A stretch of 64,000 nucleotides of DNA, taken from Somniosus microcephalus. Taxonomy: Eukaryota. The notes beneath the pieces are model-generated. The model saw nothing but the letters and a program-made list of their open reading frames with translations. It was not told the DNA's origin and did not search any database. Below, piece by piece: positions 49,201-60,618 of this stretch; the stretch's first letter is position 1, and every line of letters begins with the position of its first letter. The stretch spans positions 123,876,001-123,940,000 of the forward strand of contig CM126209.1 in NCBI GenBank assembly GCA_052327205.1, read 5' to 3'. A program made the position numbers and the translations under genes.

Positions 49201-49812
49201 TTCTCTCTTCTTAGGGAGTCACTTGGAACTGAGGATGACTTGCTTCCACATTAAAAATGAGTTCTCAAATTACTGATTAGTCCAACGCGGGACCTACAGT
49301 CTCTGTCACAGGTGGGGCAGACGGTGGTTGAAGGGGTGGGTGGGTGGCGTGCTTGTGTTGACGTGCGCTCCTTGCGCTGCCTGCGCTTGGCTTCCACTTG
49401 CTCCCGGCGAAGAGACTCGAGGTGTTCGGTGCCTTCCCGGATGCTTCTCCTCCACTTTGTGCGGTCTTGGGCCAGGGATTCCCAGGTGTCGGTGGGGATG
49501 TTACACTTTTTCAAGGAGGCTTTGAGGGTGTCCTTGAAGCGTTTCCTCTGCCCACCTGGGGCTCCCTTGCTGTGCCGGAGCTCCGAGTAGAGCACTTGTT
49601 TTGGGAGTCTCGTATCGGGCATGCGGAGAATGTGACCCATTCATCAGAGCTGATTGAGCATGGTCAGAGCTTCGATGCTGGGGATGTTGGCCTGAGCAAG
49701 AACACTGACGTTGGTGTGCCTATCCTGCCAATGGATTTGCAGGATCTTGCAGAGGCAGCGTTGGTGGTACCTCTCCAGTGCTTTGAGGTGCCTGCTGTAC
49801 ATGGTCCATGTG
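49201..49812 (-). mobile_element. RTE-clade (BovB-like) LINE 3' fragment
   Basis: ORFs ..LKALERYHQRCLCKILQIHWQDR..NVSVL and GHILRMPDTRLPKQVLYSEL..GGQRKRFKDTLKASLKKC..CPTCDRDC..LRTH (terminal zinc-finger-like motif). Confidence 0.93.
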
Positions 49813-49969
49813 GGTAGAGACCCACAATAGAGGGCGCGACAGGGGAAACTCAGAACGAAAGCAGGCAAGACGATGAGTGCCTTTTTTTTCCCCCGTTGCT
49901 CTCTGGGCAGGTGTACGCTGCAGAGTTGGTGGAGGTATGTTAGAGGAGAGTGCATGGTTCTCACTGATT

Positions 49970-50200
49970 TCCTGATGGCTCCATTGGTAAATGTAATGTG
50001 CTACTGAGACGTACAGATCAGAAAAGTACCACCTTTGATGCCTGCTCTGTGCTGGATCAGTGGGGCAGCAGCAGGGGCACTAGAATTGGCATCAATGGCC
50101 CTTGAGTAGGGAACTCTCTATCCATTGACTCATTAACTGCACGTGAATGCCCGGTGAGGACAGGACTGGACTTGGCTCTGGTGCCCTACAATGTCACACT
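49970..50200 (+). mobile_element. SINE family B fragment
   Basis: GATGGCTCCATTGGTAAATG, CTCTGTGCTG, GGGGCACTAGAATTGGC, GGTGAGGACAGGACTGG. Confidence 0.6.
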
Positions 50201-50463
50201 CAGTACCTTACGTTTATTTTCTTCAAGAACGAATCTAGCGGTGCCAGTTCCCGGTGCACTACTTTTGCATAGCCAGTAGCTACGCCACATTCACTAAGGC
50301 TGGATGACCCAGTTAAATCAAATGTTCAAGGCAGTCGGCCCTACCAAGTTCGGCAAGTTTACTCTGGGATGGTACCTCATCCTACTCCTGGTCACTGTGC
50401 GGTGACCACTGCTGGAGAGAGAAGAGCGCGAGCATGGGAGAGGACAGGATTGGGCTCAGCTTA

Positions 50464-50982
50464 GATCCTCCGAGATCTCTGCGCTCCTCCAATTCTGGCC
50501 TCTTGCGCATCACCGATTTTCATTGCTCCACCATTGCCGGCCATTCCTTCAGCTGCCAAGGCCCTAAGCTCTGGAATTCCCTCCCTAAACCTCTCCGCCT
50601 CTCTTACCTCAGAATCACAGAATCACAGAAACCCCACAGTGCAGATAGAGGCCATTTCGGCCCATCGAGCCTGCACCGACACACATCCCACCCGATCCCC
50701 GTAACCCCTACATCAACACATATCCCACCCTATCCCCGTGTATTTAATCCCCCTAACACTAAGGGTCAATTTATCATAGCCAATCAACCTAGCCCGCACA
50801 TCTTTGGACTTCCTTTAAGAAGCTCCTTAAAACCTACCTCTTTGATCAAGCTGTTGGTCACCTGTCCTGATATCTCCTTGTGTGGCTCAGTGCCAAATTT
50901 TGTCTGATAACGCTCCTGTAGAAGCATCTTGATACGTTTTACTACGTTAAAGGTGCTATATAAATGCAAGTAGTTGTTGTTG
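50464..50982 (+). mobile_element. L2 LINE 3' end
   Basis: GAGATCTCTGCGCTCCTCCAATTCTGGCC..AAACCTACCTCTTTGATCAAGC..TATAAATGCAAGTA(GTT)n. Confidence 0.88.
50611..50809 (-). mobile_element. V-SINE (HE1-like) 3' fragment, close relative of 41428-41626
   Basis: AGAATCACAGAATCACAGAAACCCCACAGTGCAGATAGAGGCCATTTCGGCCCATCGAGCC..CACATCTTTGGACT. Confidence 0.82.
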
Positions 50983-53199
50983 TGGATGCCCCCCACAACC
51001 AAATAGCCTTCTGGGCTCACAAGTGATGAATGACCATTTGGGTGAGGTACCAGACTTCCATTGAACTGTACCCCCAGCGAGAGAGAGCCTCTCTAAGGAG
51101 ACGAGGGGGTGAGAAGAAAAGTGTTAAAACTCGATAAAACATACATTACTTTTGACGTGACTGCATATTTAAATATTATAAAGGCAGGATTGCTGTTGCA
51201 AGTTAATGTTTACCAGTTTTCTAATGGATCAAACTATAACAGAGGTGAGGAGGCTCAGATATAAATGATCGTTTTTTTTCACAATTTAGAGCATGTTTTC
51301 AAATTTTGTTTTTACGCTTAGAATAGCAACCCAGCAAATTAATCAAACTCATAAATCATACCCTACTTTTGCATTAATTAAGCATTAATTAATGAAATAA
51401 TAATTGCATCTTTCCCAATAAATATTTTAGCCAAATGCAGAGAGCAGTAAATCACAGAATGATGCCTTTTAGCTGCACAAAACTGCTGCTAACATCGCCC
51501 CCAATGATCTCAAGTAAGAAAGAACTTGTATTTATATAGTACAATCCTTTTAATTATATTTAAAATAATATTATTATATTATATAATGTTTTAAAAGTAG
51601 CAGTTTGCTTTCTAATCACCATCTCCACAGGGCTGACTGGGCCTATTGTACAGTGGGATAAAACATCCTTATCTTGAAGCAACAATAGATTGGGTGGTAA
51701 TCCTTTGACTTTTGTCCATGGGATTTCTCAACAAAAAAATTGGTTAATTATCACCTACTGTAGCTCTTTGACTAACAAAAGACAGAGGTCTCCTTTCTTC
51801 CTTTCTGACTTACTGTAGGGCCTTTGAAATACGATAGTTTAATCGGCAACACCTTCTGTATGACGATTTATGCATGCATGGGCCTTCAATAGGTATCTCA
51901 TGTTGCTGGGAACCTTACAGCAATGAGGAGATATGACCTTTAGACTGGGTATGCGATCCAGCCCTTTCATATGAAAATCCAATACAGTTGGTGGGTCGGA
52001 TCGTACCTCTTCACTTCGCTCCCCAGCCTCTCAGAGAACCTACTTGTTTGCTAATTGTTTAATTTTCTCTTTTATATCAAGAAAGCTTCCCTCCCCATTA
52101 AATTGGTTTTGATGTGACAACGCAACAAGGGCCTGAGGAGAATATTAACATTTTTGGCATCACACAAAGAGCTTTTTTTTTTCCTCGGGATCGGGAGTAA
52201 AAAAAAGAACACTCGGAATACACTTTGAATATAAAGGTGTGGGGGTGGGGGGAGAGCAGAGGCTGTGGAAATATTCCAGGCTTGACATTTTCCTACATTT
52301 GTCTGCGTCGATAACCATCAACTGAGTTCCCATCCATGAAGTGGAGAATGTCAGCTGTCAGTCAGAGCGACAGAGAATACCCGGGCTTGGAGAGGCTGAT
52401 GGCAGATCAAGAAGAGTATAAAAGCCATTTGGATTGTTTGTGTCGCTGCCATTTCTTGTCCTTACTTCTCACAGTCGGCCGGTTGCATAGGCTGGGTGAT
52501 ATCAAATACAGCGACAAGGATTCCACCCCTGATTCCCCCTCCCCCACTCCCCTCCACACACCTCAGCCCTAAGAACCTCCAGCTCCTTCCTCCCTGAGGG
52601 ACACCAAAAATAAAAACAAAACAAAAAAAAGCAGAACAATAAACAAAGCCGCCTAGTTTTCGATAAATCATTTCTCATGCCTGGGGTTCTTGATATCATG
52701 GTTCCTTAACATCTCTAGCTGTCAACCCTGTTTGCATTTTTCATCATTCTGTGGCATTTTCTGTTGCTGTAGAGCATGCGGCTTTGTTGTGTGTACTTCT
52801 GCCGTATAATTATGACAGAGAGCAGCCTTTCGGTTGCTGGATATCAATCACTCGAGGGGTAACCCAATTCTGGCGGATCAAGCAAACGAGATTAAGGTGT
52901 AAACCACTAAAGGCAGAGAGAAGCACTCAAGGCAGCCTTTGAGAAGCAATCCTACAAAGTGCTGCTCTTTAGATGTGGCAGGATAGAACGGCACAGAACA
53001 TGAGTCAGCTCTGTATACCTACGGCAATTTTTTGTTTTGGGGAGAGAAAAAAGCTCCTCTTCCCACCCCTTCCGCAGAACATGACCCATAGCTGGCCTTT
53101 CCGTGTTTGAACTGGTTTCGTTTTGAGTCACATTTAAAAATTATACCGTCGGGCATATAATTTAACACTTATACACACAGACACACACACAAGTGAGAG

Positions 53200-53470
53200 T
53201 TATTTGTTTAAGGCAAGTGATTGCCATTTAATTGTCAAGCTTCACAAGTAACCTGACAGGGAAATATTAATGGTCTGCTGTTAACCCTCTGATTGCTGTA
53301 CCAGTCACAGGTTATGACAGGGTTCCCTTTTTAATCAACTACATTTTTCACATAATCGGCTCAATGAGTGTGCAGTGTGATTGTAAGCCTTGCAACTATT
53401 GCCGAAAGGTTATCGGCAATGCATTTGGGGGAAGTTTGAGTGAATCCTCGCATTAACAGTTTAAAGACAC
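53200..53470. promoter_or_regulatory. Candidate conserved non-coding element (Pbx/Meis-like motifs)
   Basis: TGATTGCCATTTAATTGTCAAG, CTGACAG, ATATTAATGG, TGATTG, ATGACAG in unique sequence. Confidence 0.33.
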
Positions 53471-53529
53471 AATGGTGGCGAGGGTCAGCAGAAATGTTTT
53501 CTCTAGAAGGCAGCAGGCTAGGCTTGAAT

Positions 53530-54290
53530 AGAAAGAAAGACTTGAATTTCTATAGCGTCTTTCACAACCTCAGAATGCCTCACAGTGCTTTACAACCAAT
53601 TAAGTGGTCACTGTTCTAATGTAGGAAACACAGCAGCCAACTTGTGCACAACAAGCTCCCACAAACAGCTTCTTCTTCTTCTTAGGCAGTCCCTCGGAAC
53701 TGAGGATGACTTGCTTCCACACTAAAAATGAGTTCTCAGGTGACTTATGAGTCCAATGCGGGACTTACAGTCTCTGTCACAGGTGGGCGTTTGGGTTGAC
53801 GTGCGCTCCTTCCGCTGTTTGTGCTTGGCTTCCGCTTGCTCCCGGCGAAGAGACTCGAGGTGTTCGGCGCCTTCCCGGATGCTTCTCCTCCACTTTGTGC
53901 GGTCTTGGGCCAGGGATTCCCAGATGTCGGTGGGGATGTTGCACTTTTTCAAGGAGGCTTTGAGGATGTCCTTGAAGTGTTTCCTCTGCCCACCTGCAAT
54001 GTGATAACAACCAGATATTCAGGATAAATATTAGCCAGGACACCAGGGAGAACTCCCTTGCTCTTCTTTGAAATAGTGCCCTGGCTTCTTTTATGTCCAT
54101 CTGAAAGAGCAGATGGGGCCTTAGGTTAATGTCTCATCCGAAAGACGGCACCTCTGACAATGTAGCACTCCCTTAGCACTGCACTGGATGTGAGCCTAGA
54201 TTTTGTGCTGAAGTCTCTGGAGTGGGATTTGAATCCACGACCTCATGACTCAGAGGTGAGAGTGTTACCCACTGAACCACCACTGACACC
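53530..54290 (-). mobile_element. Deu-SINE split by RTE insertion
   Basis: Tail GAAAGAAAGACTTG..CCCACAAACAGC, then resumes GCAATGTGATAA..TCTCATCCGAAAGACGGCACC..GACTCAGAGGTGAGAG..ACTGAACCAC. Confidence 0.85.
53669..53996 (-). mobile_element. RTE-clade LINE 3' fragment
   Basis: ORF KKCNIPTDIWESLAQDRTKWRRSIREG..CDRDCKSRIGLISHLRTHF; (AAG)n tail; near-identical to 49201 copy with an internal deletion. Confidence 0.93.
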
Positions 54291-54597
54291 TGTAAGGACA
54301 GATGCTGATTCTAGAATTTTGTTGAGCTACTTTTGGGGATCAAGGAGTGATCCTGCAAAGCACTTTCCTCAGGGCAGGATAGGATCCATGGCTATGTGGA
54401 TTGTACTTGGGCTGTGGAAGAAGCAAGCTTGATGGGCCAACTGGCCCTTTCTTGTTTCACATTTTCTGTTATCTGACATTTAATGTCTCCTTTGTCTCTA
54501 TTGTTTGAAAACCCAAAAGCTTCAATCAGTCACCTTAAATTTATTACTAGATTTGTGTTGCCTCCATTTAAATCAAATGATTTGGATGGTGCCTGCA

Positions 54598-55362
54598 TCT
54601 ATATGCTGCCCCTTGGTGACATAGTCTAGAGACACAGGGTCAGCTTCCACATGTATGCTAACAACACACAGCTGTACCTCTGTAACCCCTTGCCTTGACC
54701 TTATGACCATTTCCATGCTGTCAGACCGCCTATCTGGCCTTAAGTTCTGGATCAGCCAGTAATTTCTACAGCTGAACATCGGGGAGGCCAGAGCTATCAA
54801 TATCAGCCACTGGCCAAACTCCACACATTGCCATTTGCTCGATTCTCCCTCCCTGGACGCTTGCTCCTGCTGCTTGAAACCTGGCTTCCTGTTCAACGCA
54901 GAGCTGAACTTCAAATCCTTTCCTATCCTCTGCCAATATAGCTTGCTTCCACCTCTGAAACACTGCTCACCTGTACCTATACCCCACCTTTTCTCCCACT
55001 GCCACCCAAACCCTTATGTATGCTTTCATCTCCTCAAGAGCACTTCTCTGATGCTCTTCCTTGCTGGCCTCCTTGAACACCAAATCCTCCAAAATGCCGC
55101 TGCTTGTCCCCATGCTAAGTCCTGCCGGCACATCACCCCCATCCTCACTGAGCTACATTGGCTCCCCCATCCCCAATGGATCAAATGTAAAATCCTCATT
55201 CTATTCTACAAATCATTCCTTGGCCTCACCCCACCCTACCTCTTACCATCTTCTCCCACAATCTTCAGTCTTCTGACTCTGACCTCCTGTGCATCCTCCC
55301 CTCCTTCTACTCCATATCTGATGGCAGATCCTTCAGCCGCCTCAGCTGTACTCTTTGGAACT
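54598..55362 (+). mobile_element. Degenerate L2 LINE RT region leading into the 24-bp satellite
   Basis: 54601-54680 reads approximately YMLPLGDIV.RHRVSFHMYANNTQLYL (decayed YADDTQLY); later QILQNAAA..HITPILTELHWLP..IKCKILILFYKSFLGLTPPYL; L2 resumes at ~60619 CCCACCTCTTCGACCAAGCT. Confidence 0.85.
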
Positions 55363-58300
55363 CCCTTCTCCAAACTACCTTCGAAACCCTACTCAAAGTT
55401 ACCTTCCAAACCCTTCTCCAACTTACCTTCCAAACCCTTCTCCAACCTACCTTCCAAACCCTTCTCAAACTTACCTTCCAAACCCTTCTCCAACCTACCT
55501 TCCAAATCCTTCTCCAACCTACCTTCCAAACCCTACTCAAAGTTACCTTCCAAACCCTTCTGCAACCTACCTTCCAAACCCTTCTCAAACCTACCTTCCA
55601 ACCCTTCTCCAACTTACCTTCCAAACCCTTCTCCAACCTACCTTCGAAACACTTCTCAAACTTACCTTCCAAACCCTTCTCCAACCTACCTTCCAAATCC
55701 TTCTCCAACCTACCTTCCAAACCCTTCTCCAACCTACCTTCCAAACCCTTCTCAAACTTACCTTCCAAACCCTTCTCCAACCTACCTTCCAAACCCTTCT
55801 CAAACCTACCTTCGAAACACTTCTCAAACTTACCTTCCAAACCCTTCTCCAACCTACCTTCCAAATCCTTCTCCAACCTACCTTCCAAACCCTTCGCCAA
55901 CCTACCTTCCAAACCCTTCTCAAACTTACCTTCCAAACCCTTCTCTAACCTACCTTCCAAACCCTTCTCAAACTTACCTTCCAAACCCTTCTCCAACCTA
56001 CCTTCCAAACCCTTCTCAAACTTACCTTCCAACCCTTCTCCAACTTACCTTCCAAACCCTTCTCCAACCTACCTTCCAAACCCTTCTCAAACCTACCTTC
56101 CAAACACTTCTCAAACTTACCTTCCAACCCTTCTCCAACCTACCTTCCAAACCCTTCTCAAACTTACCTTCCAACCCTTCTCCAACTTACCTTCCAACCC
56201 TTCTCCAACCTACCTTCCAAACCCTTCTCAAACCTACCTTCCAAACCCTTCTCAAACTTACCTTCCAAACCCTTCTCCAACCTACTTTCCAAATCCTTCT
56301 CCAACCTACCTTCCAAATCCTTCTCCAACCTACCTTCCAAATCCTTCTCCAACCTACCTTCCAAACCCTTCTCAAACTTACCTTCCAACCCTTCTCCAAC
56401 TTCCCTTCCAAACCCTTCTCCAACCTACCTTCCAAACCCTTCTCAAACTTACCTTCCAAACCCTTCTCCAACCTACCTTCCAAATCCTTCTCCAACCTAC
56501 CTTCCAAACCCTTCTCAAACTTACCTTCCAACCCTTCTCCAACTTAACTTCCAAACCCTTCTCCAACCTACCTTCCAAACCCTTCTCAAACTTACCTTCC
56601 AAACCCTTCTCCAACCTACCTTCCAAACCCTTCTCAAACTTACCTTCCAAACCCTTCTCCAAACTACCTTCCAAACCATCTCCAACCTACCTTCCAAACC
56701 CTTCTCCAAACTACCTTCCAAACCCTTCGCCAAACTACCTTCCAAACCCTTCTCAAACTTACCTTCCAAACCCTTCTCCAACCTACCTTCCAAACCCTTC
56801 TCCAACCTACCTTCCAAACCCTTCTCAAACCTACCTTCCAAACCATCTCCAACCTACCTTCCAAACCCTTCTCCAAACTACCTTCCAAACCCTTCTCCAA
56901 CCTACCTTCCAAACCCTTCTCCAACCTACCTTCCAAACCCTTCTCCAACCTACCTTCCAAACCCTTCTCCAACCTACCTTCCAAACCCTTCTCCAAACTA
57001 CCTTCCAAACCCTTCTCCAAACTACCTTCCAAACCCTTCTCCAAACTGCCTTCCAAACCCTTCTCCAAACTACCTTCCAAACCCTTCTCCAAACTACCTT
57101 CCAAACCCTTCTCCAAACTACCTTCCAAACCCTACTCCAACCTACCTTCCAAACCCTTCTCCAAACTACCTTCCAAACCCTTCTCCAACCTACCTTCCAA
57201 ACCCTTCTCCAAACTACCTTCCAAACCCTTCGCCAACCTACCTTCCAAACCCTTCTCCAACCTACCTTCCAAACCCTTCTCAAACTTACCTTCCAAACCC
57301 TTCTCCAACCTACCTTCCAAACCCTTCTCCAACCTACCTTCCAAACCCTTTTCCAACCTACCTTCCAAACCCTTCTCCAACCTACCTTCCAAACCCTTCT
57401 CCAAACTACCTTCCAAACCCTTCTCCAACCTACCTTCCAAACCCTTCTCCAACCTACCTTCCAAACCCTTCTCAAACTTACCTTCCAAACCCTTCTCCAA
57501 CCTACCTTCCAAACCCTTCTCCAACCTACCTTCCAAACCCTTCTCAAACTTACCTTCCAAACCCTTCTCCAACCTACCTTCCAAACCCTTCTCAAACTTA
57601 CCTTCCAAACCCTTCTCCAACCTACCTTCCAAACCCTTCTCAAACTTACCTTCCAACCCTTCTCCAACTTACCTTCCAAACCCTTCTCCAACCTACCTTC
57701 CAAACCCTTCTCAAACCTACCTTCCAAACACTTCTCAAACTTACCTTCCAACCCTTCTCCAACCTACCTTCCAAACCCTTCTCAAACTTACCTTCCAACC
57801 CTTCTCCAACTTACCTTCCAACCCTTCTCCAACCTACCTTCCAAACCCTTCTCAAACCTACCTTCCAAACCCTTCTCAAACTTACCTTCCAAACCCTTCT
57901 CCAACCTACCTTCCAAATCCTTCTCCAACCTACCTTCCAAATCCTTCTCCAACCTACCTTCCAAACCCTTCTCAAACTTACCTTCCAACCCTTCTCCAAC
58001 TTTCCTTCCAAACCATTCTCAAACTTACCTTCCAAACCCTTCTCAAACCTACCTTCCAAACACTTCTCAAACTTACCTTCCAACCCTTCTCCAACCTACC
58101 TTCCAAACCCTTCTCAAACTTACCTTCCAACCCTTCTCCAACTTACCTTCCAACCCTTCTCCAACCTACCTTCCAAACCCTTCTCAAACCTACCTTCCAA
58201 ACCCTTCTCAAACTTACCTTCCAAACCCTTCTCCAACCTACCTTCCAAATCCTTCTCCAACCTACCTTCCAAATCCTTCTCCAACCTACCTTCCAAACCC

Positions 58301-60618
58301 TTCTCAAACTTACCTTCCAACCCTTCTCCAACTTTCCTTCCAAACCCTTCTCCAACCTACCTTCCAAACCCTTCTCAAACTTACCTTCCAAACCCTTCTC
58401 CAACCTACCTTCCAAATCCTTCTCCAACCTACCTTCCAAACCATTCTCAAACTTACCTTCCAACCCTTCTCCAACTTAACTTCCAAACCCTTCTCCAACC
58501 TACCTTCCAAACCCTTCTCAAACTTACCTTCCAAACCCTTCTCCAACCTACCTTCCAAACCCTTCTCAAACTTACCTTCCAAACCCTTCTCCAAACTACC
58601 TTCCAAACCCTTCTCCAACCTACCTTCCAAACCCTTCTCAAACTTACCTTCCAAACCCTTCTCCAAACTTCCTTCCAAACCATCTCCAACCTACCTTCCA
58701 AACCCTTCTCCAAACTACCTTCCAAACCCTTCGCCAAACTACCTTCCAAACCCTTCTCAAACTTACCTTCCAAACCCTTCTCCAACCTACCTTCCAAACC
58801 CTTCTCCAACCTACCTTCCAAACCCTTCTCAAACCTACCTTCCAAACCATCTCCAACCTACCTTCCAAACCCTTCTCCAAACTACCTTCCAAACCCTTCT
58901 CCAACCTACCTTCCAAACCATCTCCAACCTACCTTCCAAACCCTTTTCCAACCTACCTTCCAAACCCTTCTCCAACCTACCTTCCAAACCCTTCTCCAAC
59001 CTACCTTCCAAACCCTTCTCCAACCTACCTTCCAAACCCTTCTCCAAACTACCTTCCAAACCCTTCTCCAAACTACCTTCCAAACCCTTCTCCAAACTAC
59101 CTTCCAAACCCTTCTCCAAACTACCTTCCAAACCCTTCTCCAAACTACCTTCCAAACCCTTCTCCAAACTACCTTCCAAACCCTTCTCCAAACTACCTTC
59201 CAAACCCTACTCCAACCTACCTTCCAAACCCTTCTCCAAACTACCTTCCAAACCCTTCTCCAACCTACCTTCCAAACCCTTCTCCAACCTACCTTCCAAA
59301 CCCTTCTCCAACCTACCTTCCAAACCCTTCTCAAACTTACCTTCCAAACCCTTCTCCAACCTACCTTCCAAACCCTTCTCCAACCTACCTTCCAAACCCT
59401 TTTCCAACCTACCTTCCAAACCCTTCTCCAACCTACCTTCCAAACCCTTCTCCAAACTACCTTCCAAACCCTTCTCCAACCTACCTTCCAAACCCTTCTC
59501 CAACCTACCTTCCAAACCCTTCTCAAACTTACCTTCCAAACCCTTCTCCAACCTACCTTCCAAACCCTTCTCCAACCTACCTTCCAAACCCTTCTCCAAC
59601 CTACCTTCCAAACCCTTCTCCAAACTACCTTCCAAACCCTTCTCCAGCCTACCTTCCAAACCCTTCTCCAACCTACCTTCCAAACCCTTCTCAAACTTAC
59701 CTTCCAAACCCTTCTCCAACCTACCTTCCAAACCCTTCTCAAACTTACCTTCCAAACCCTTCTCCAACCTACCTTCCAAACCCTTCTCCAAACTACCTTC
59801 CAAACCCTTCTCCAACCTACCTTCCAAACCCTTCTCCAAACTACCTTCCAAACCCTTCTCAAACTTACCTTCCAAACCCTTCTCCAAACTACCTTCCAAA
59901 CCCTTCTCCAACCTACCTTCCAAACCCTTCTCAAACTTACCTTCCAAACCCTTCTCCAACCTACCTTCCAAACCCTTCTCAAACTTACCTTCCAAACCCT
60001 TCTCCAACCTACCTTCCAAACCCTTCTCCAAACTACCTTCCAAACCCTTCTGCAACCTACCTTCCAAACCCTTCTCAAACTTACCTTCCAAACCCTTCTC
60101 CAAACTACCTTCCAAACCCTTCTCCAACCTACCTTCCAAACCCTTCTCAAACTTACCTTCCAAACCCTTCTCAAATTTACCTTCCAAACCCTTCTCCAAC
60201 CTACCTTCCAAACCCTTCTCCAACCTACCTTCCAAATCCTTCTCCAACCTACCTTCCAAACCCTTCTCCAACCTACCTTCCAAACCCTTCTCCAACCTAC
60301 CTTCCAAACCCTTCTCCAACCTACCTTCCAAATCCTTCTCCAACCTACCTTCCAAACCCTTCTCCAACCTACCTTCCAAACCCTTCTCCAACCTACCTTC
60401 CAAACCCTTCTCCAACCTACCTTCCAAACCCTTCTCCAACCTACCTTCCAACCCTTCTCCAACCTACCTTCCAAACCCTTCTCCAACCTACCTTCCAAAC
60501 CCTTCTCCAACCTACCTTCCAAATCCTTCTCCAACCTACCTTCCAAACCCTTCTCCAACCTACCTTCCAAACCCTTCTCCAAACTACCTTCCAAACCCTT
60601 CTCCAACCTACCTTCCAA
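55362..60618. repeat. 24-bp minisatellite (CCTTCCAAACCCTTCTCCAACCTA), ~220 units
   Basis: 8-codon periodicity in the ORF track (LEKGLEGR); occasional 23-bp units; almost no G on + strand. Confidence 0.98.

Larger units (their letters stand above)
50380..51110 (+). mobile_element. SINE family B fragment interrupted by L2 (which contains a V-SINE)
   Basis: GAGGACAGGATTGGGCTCAGCT before 50463; GATGCCCCCCACAACCAAATAGCCT..GGGTGAGGTACC..GAACTGTACCCC after 50983. Confidence 0.7.

Noticed and set aside
43807-49276. Long Gly/Val/Trp-rich ORFs (up to 963 aa)
   Set aside because: Open in all three frames because the G/T-rich unit rarely contains stops; frames interchange through G-run indels; no protein family signal.
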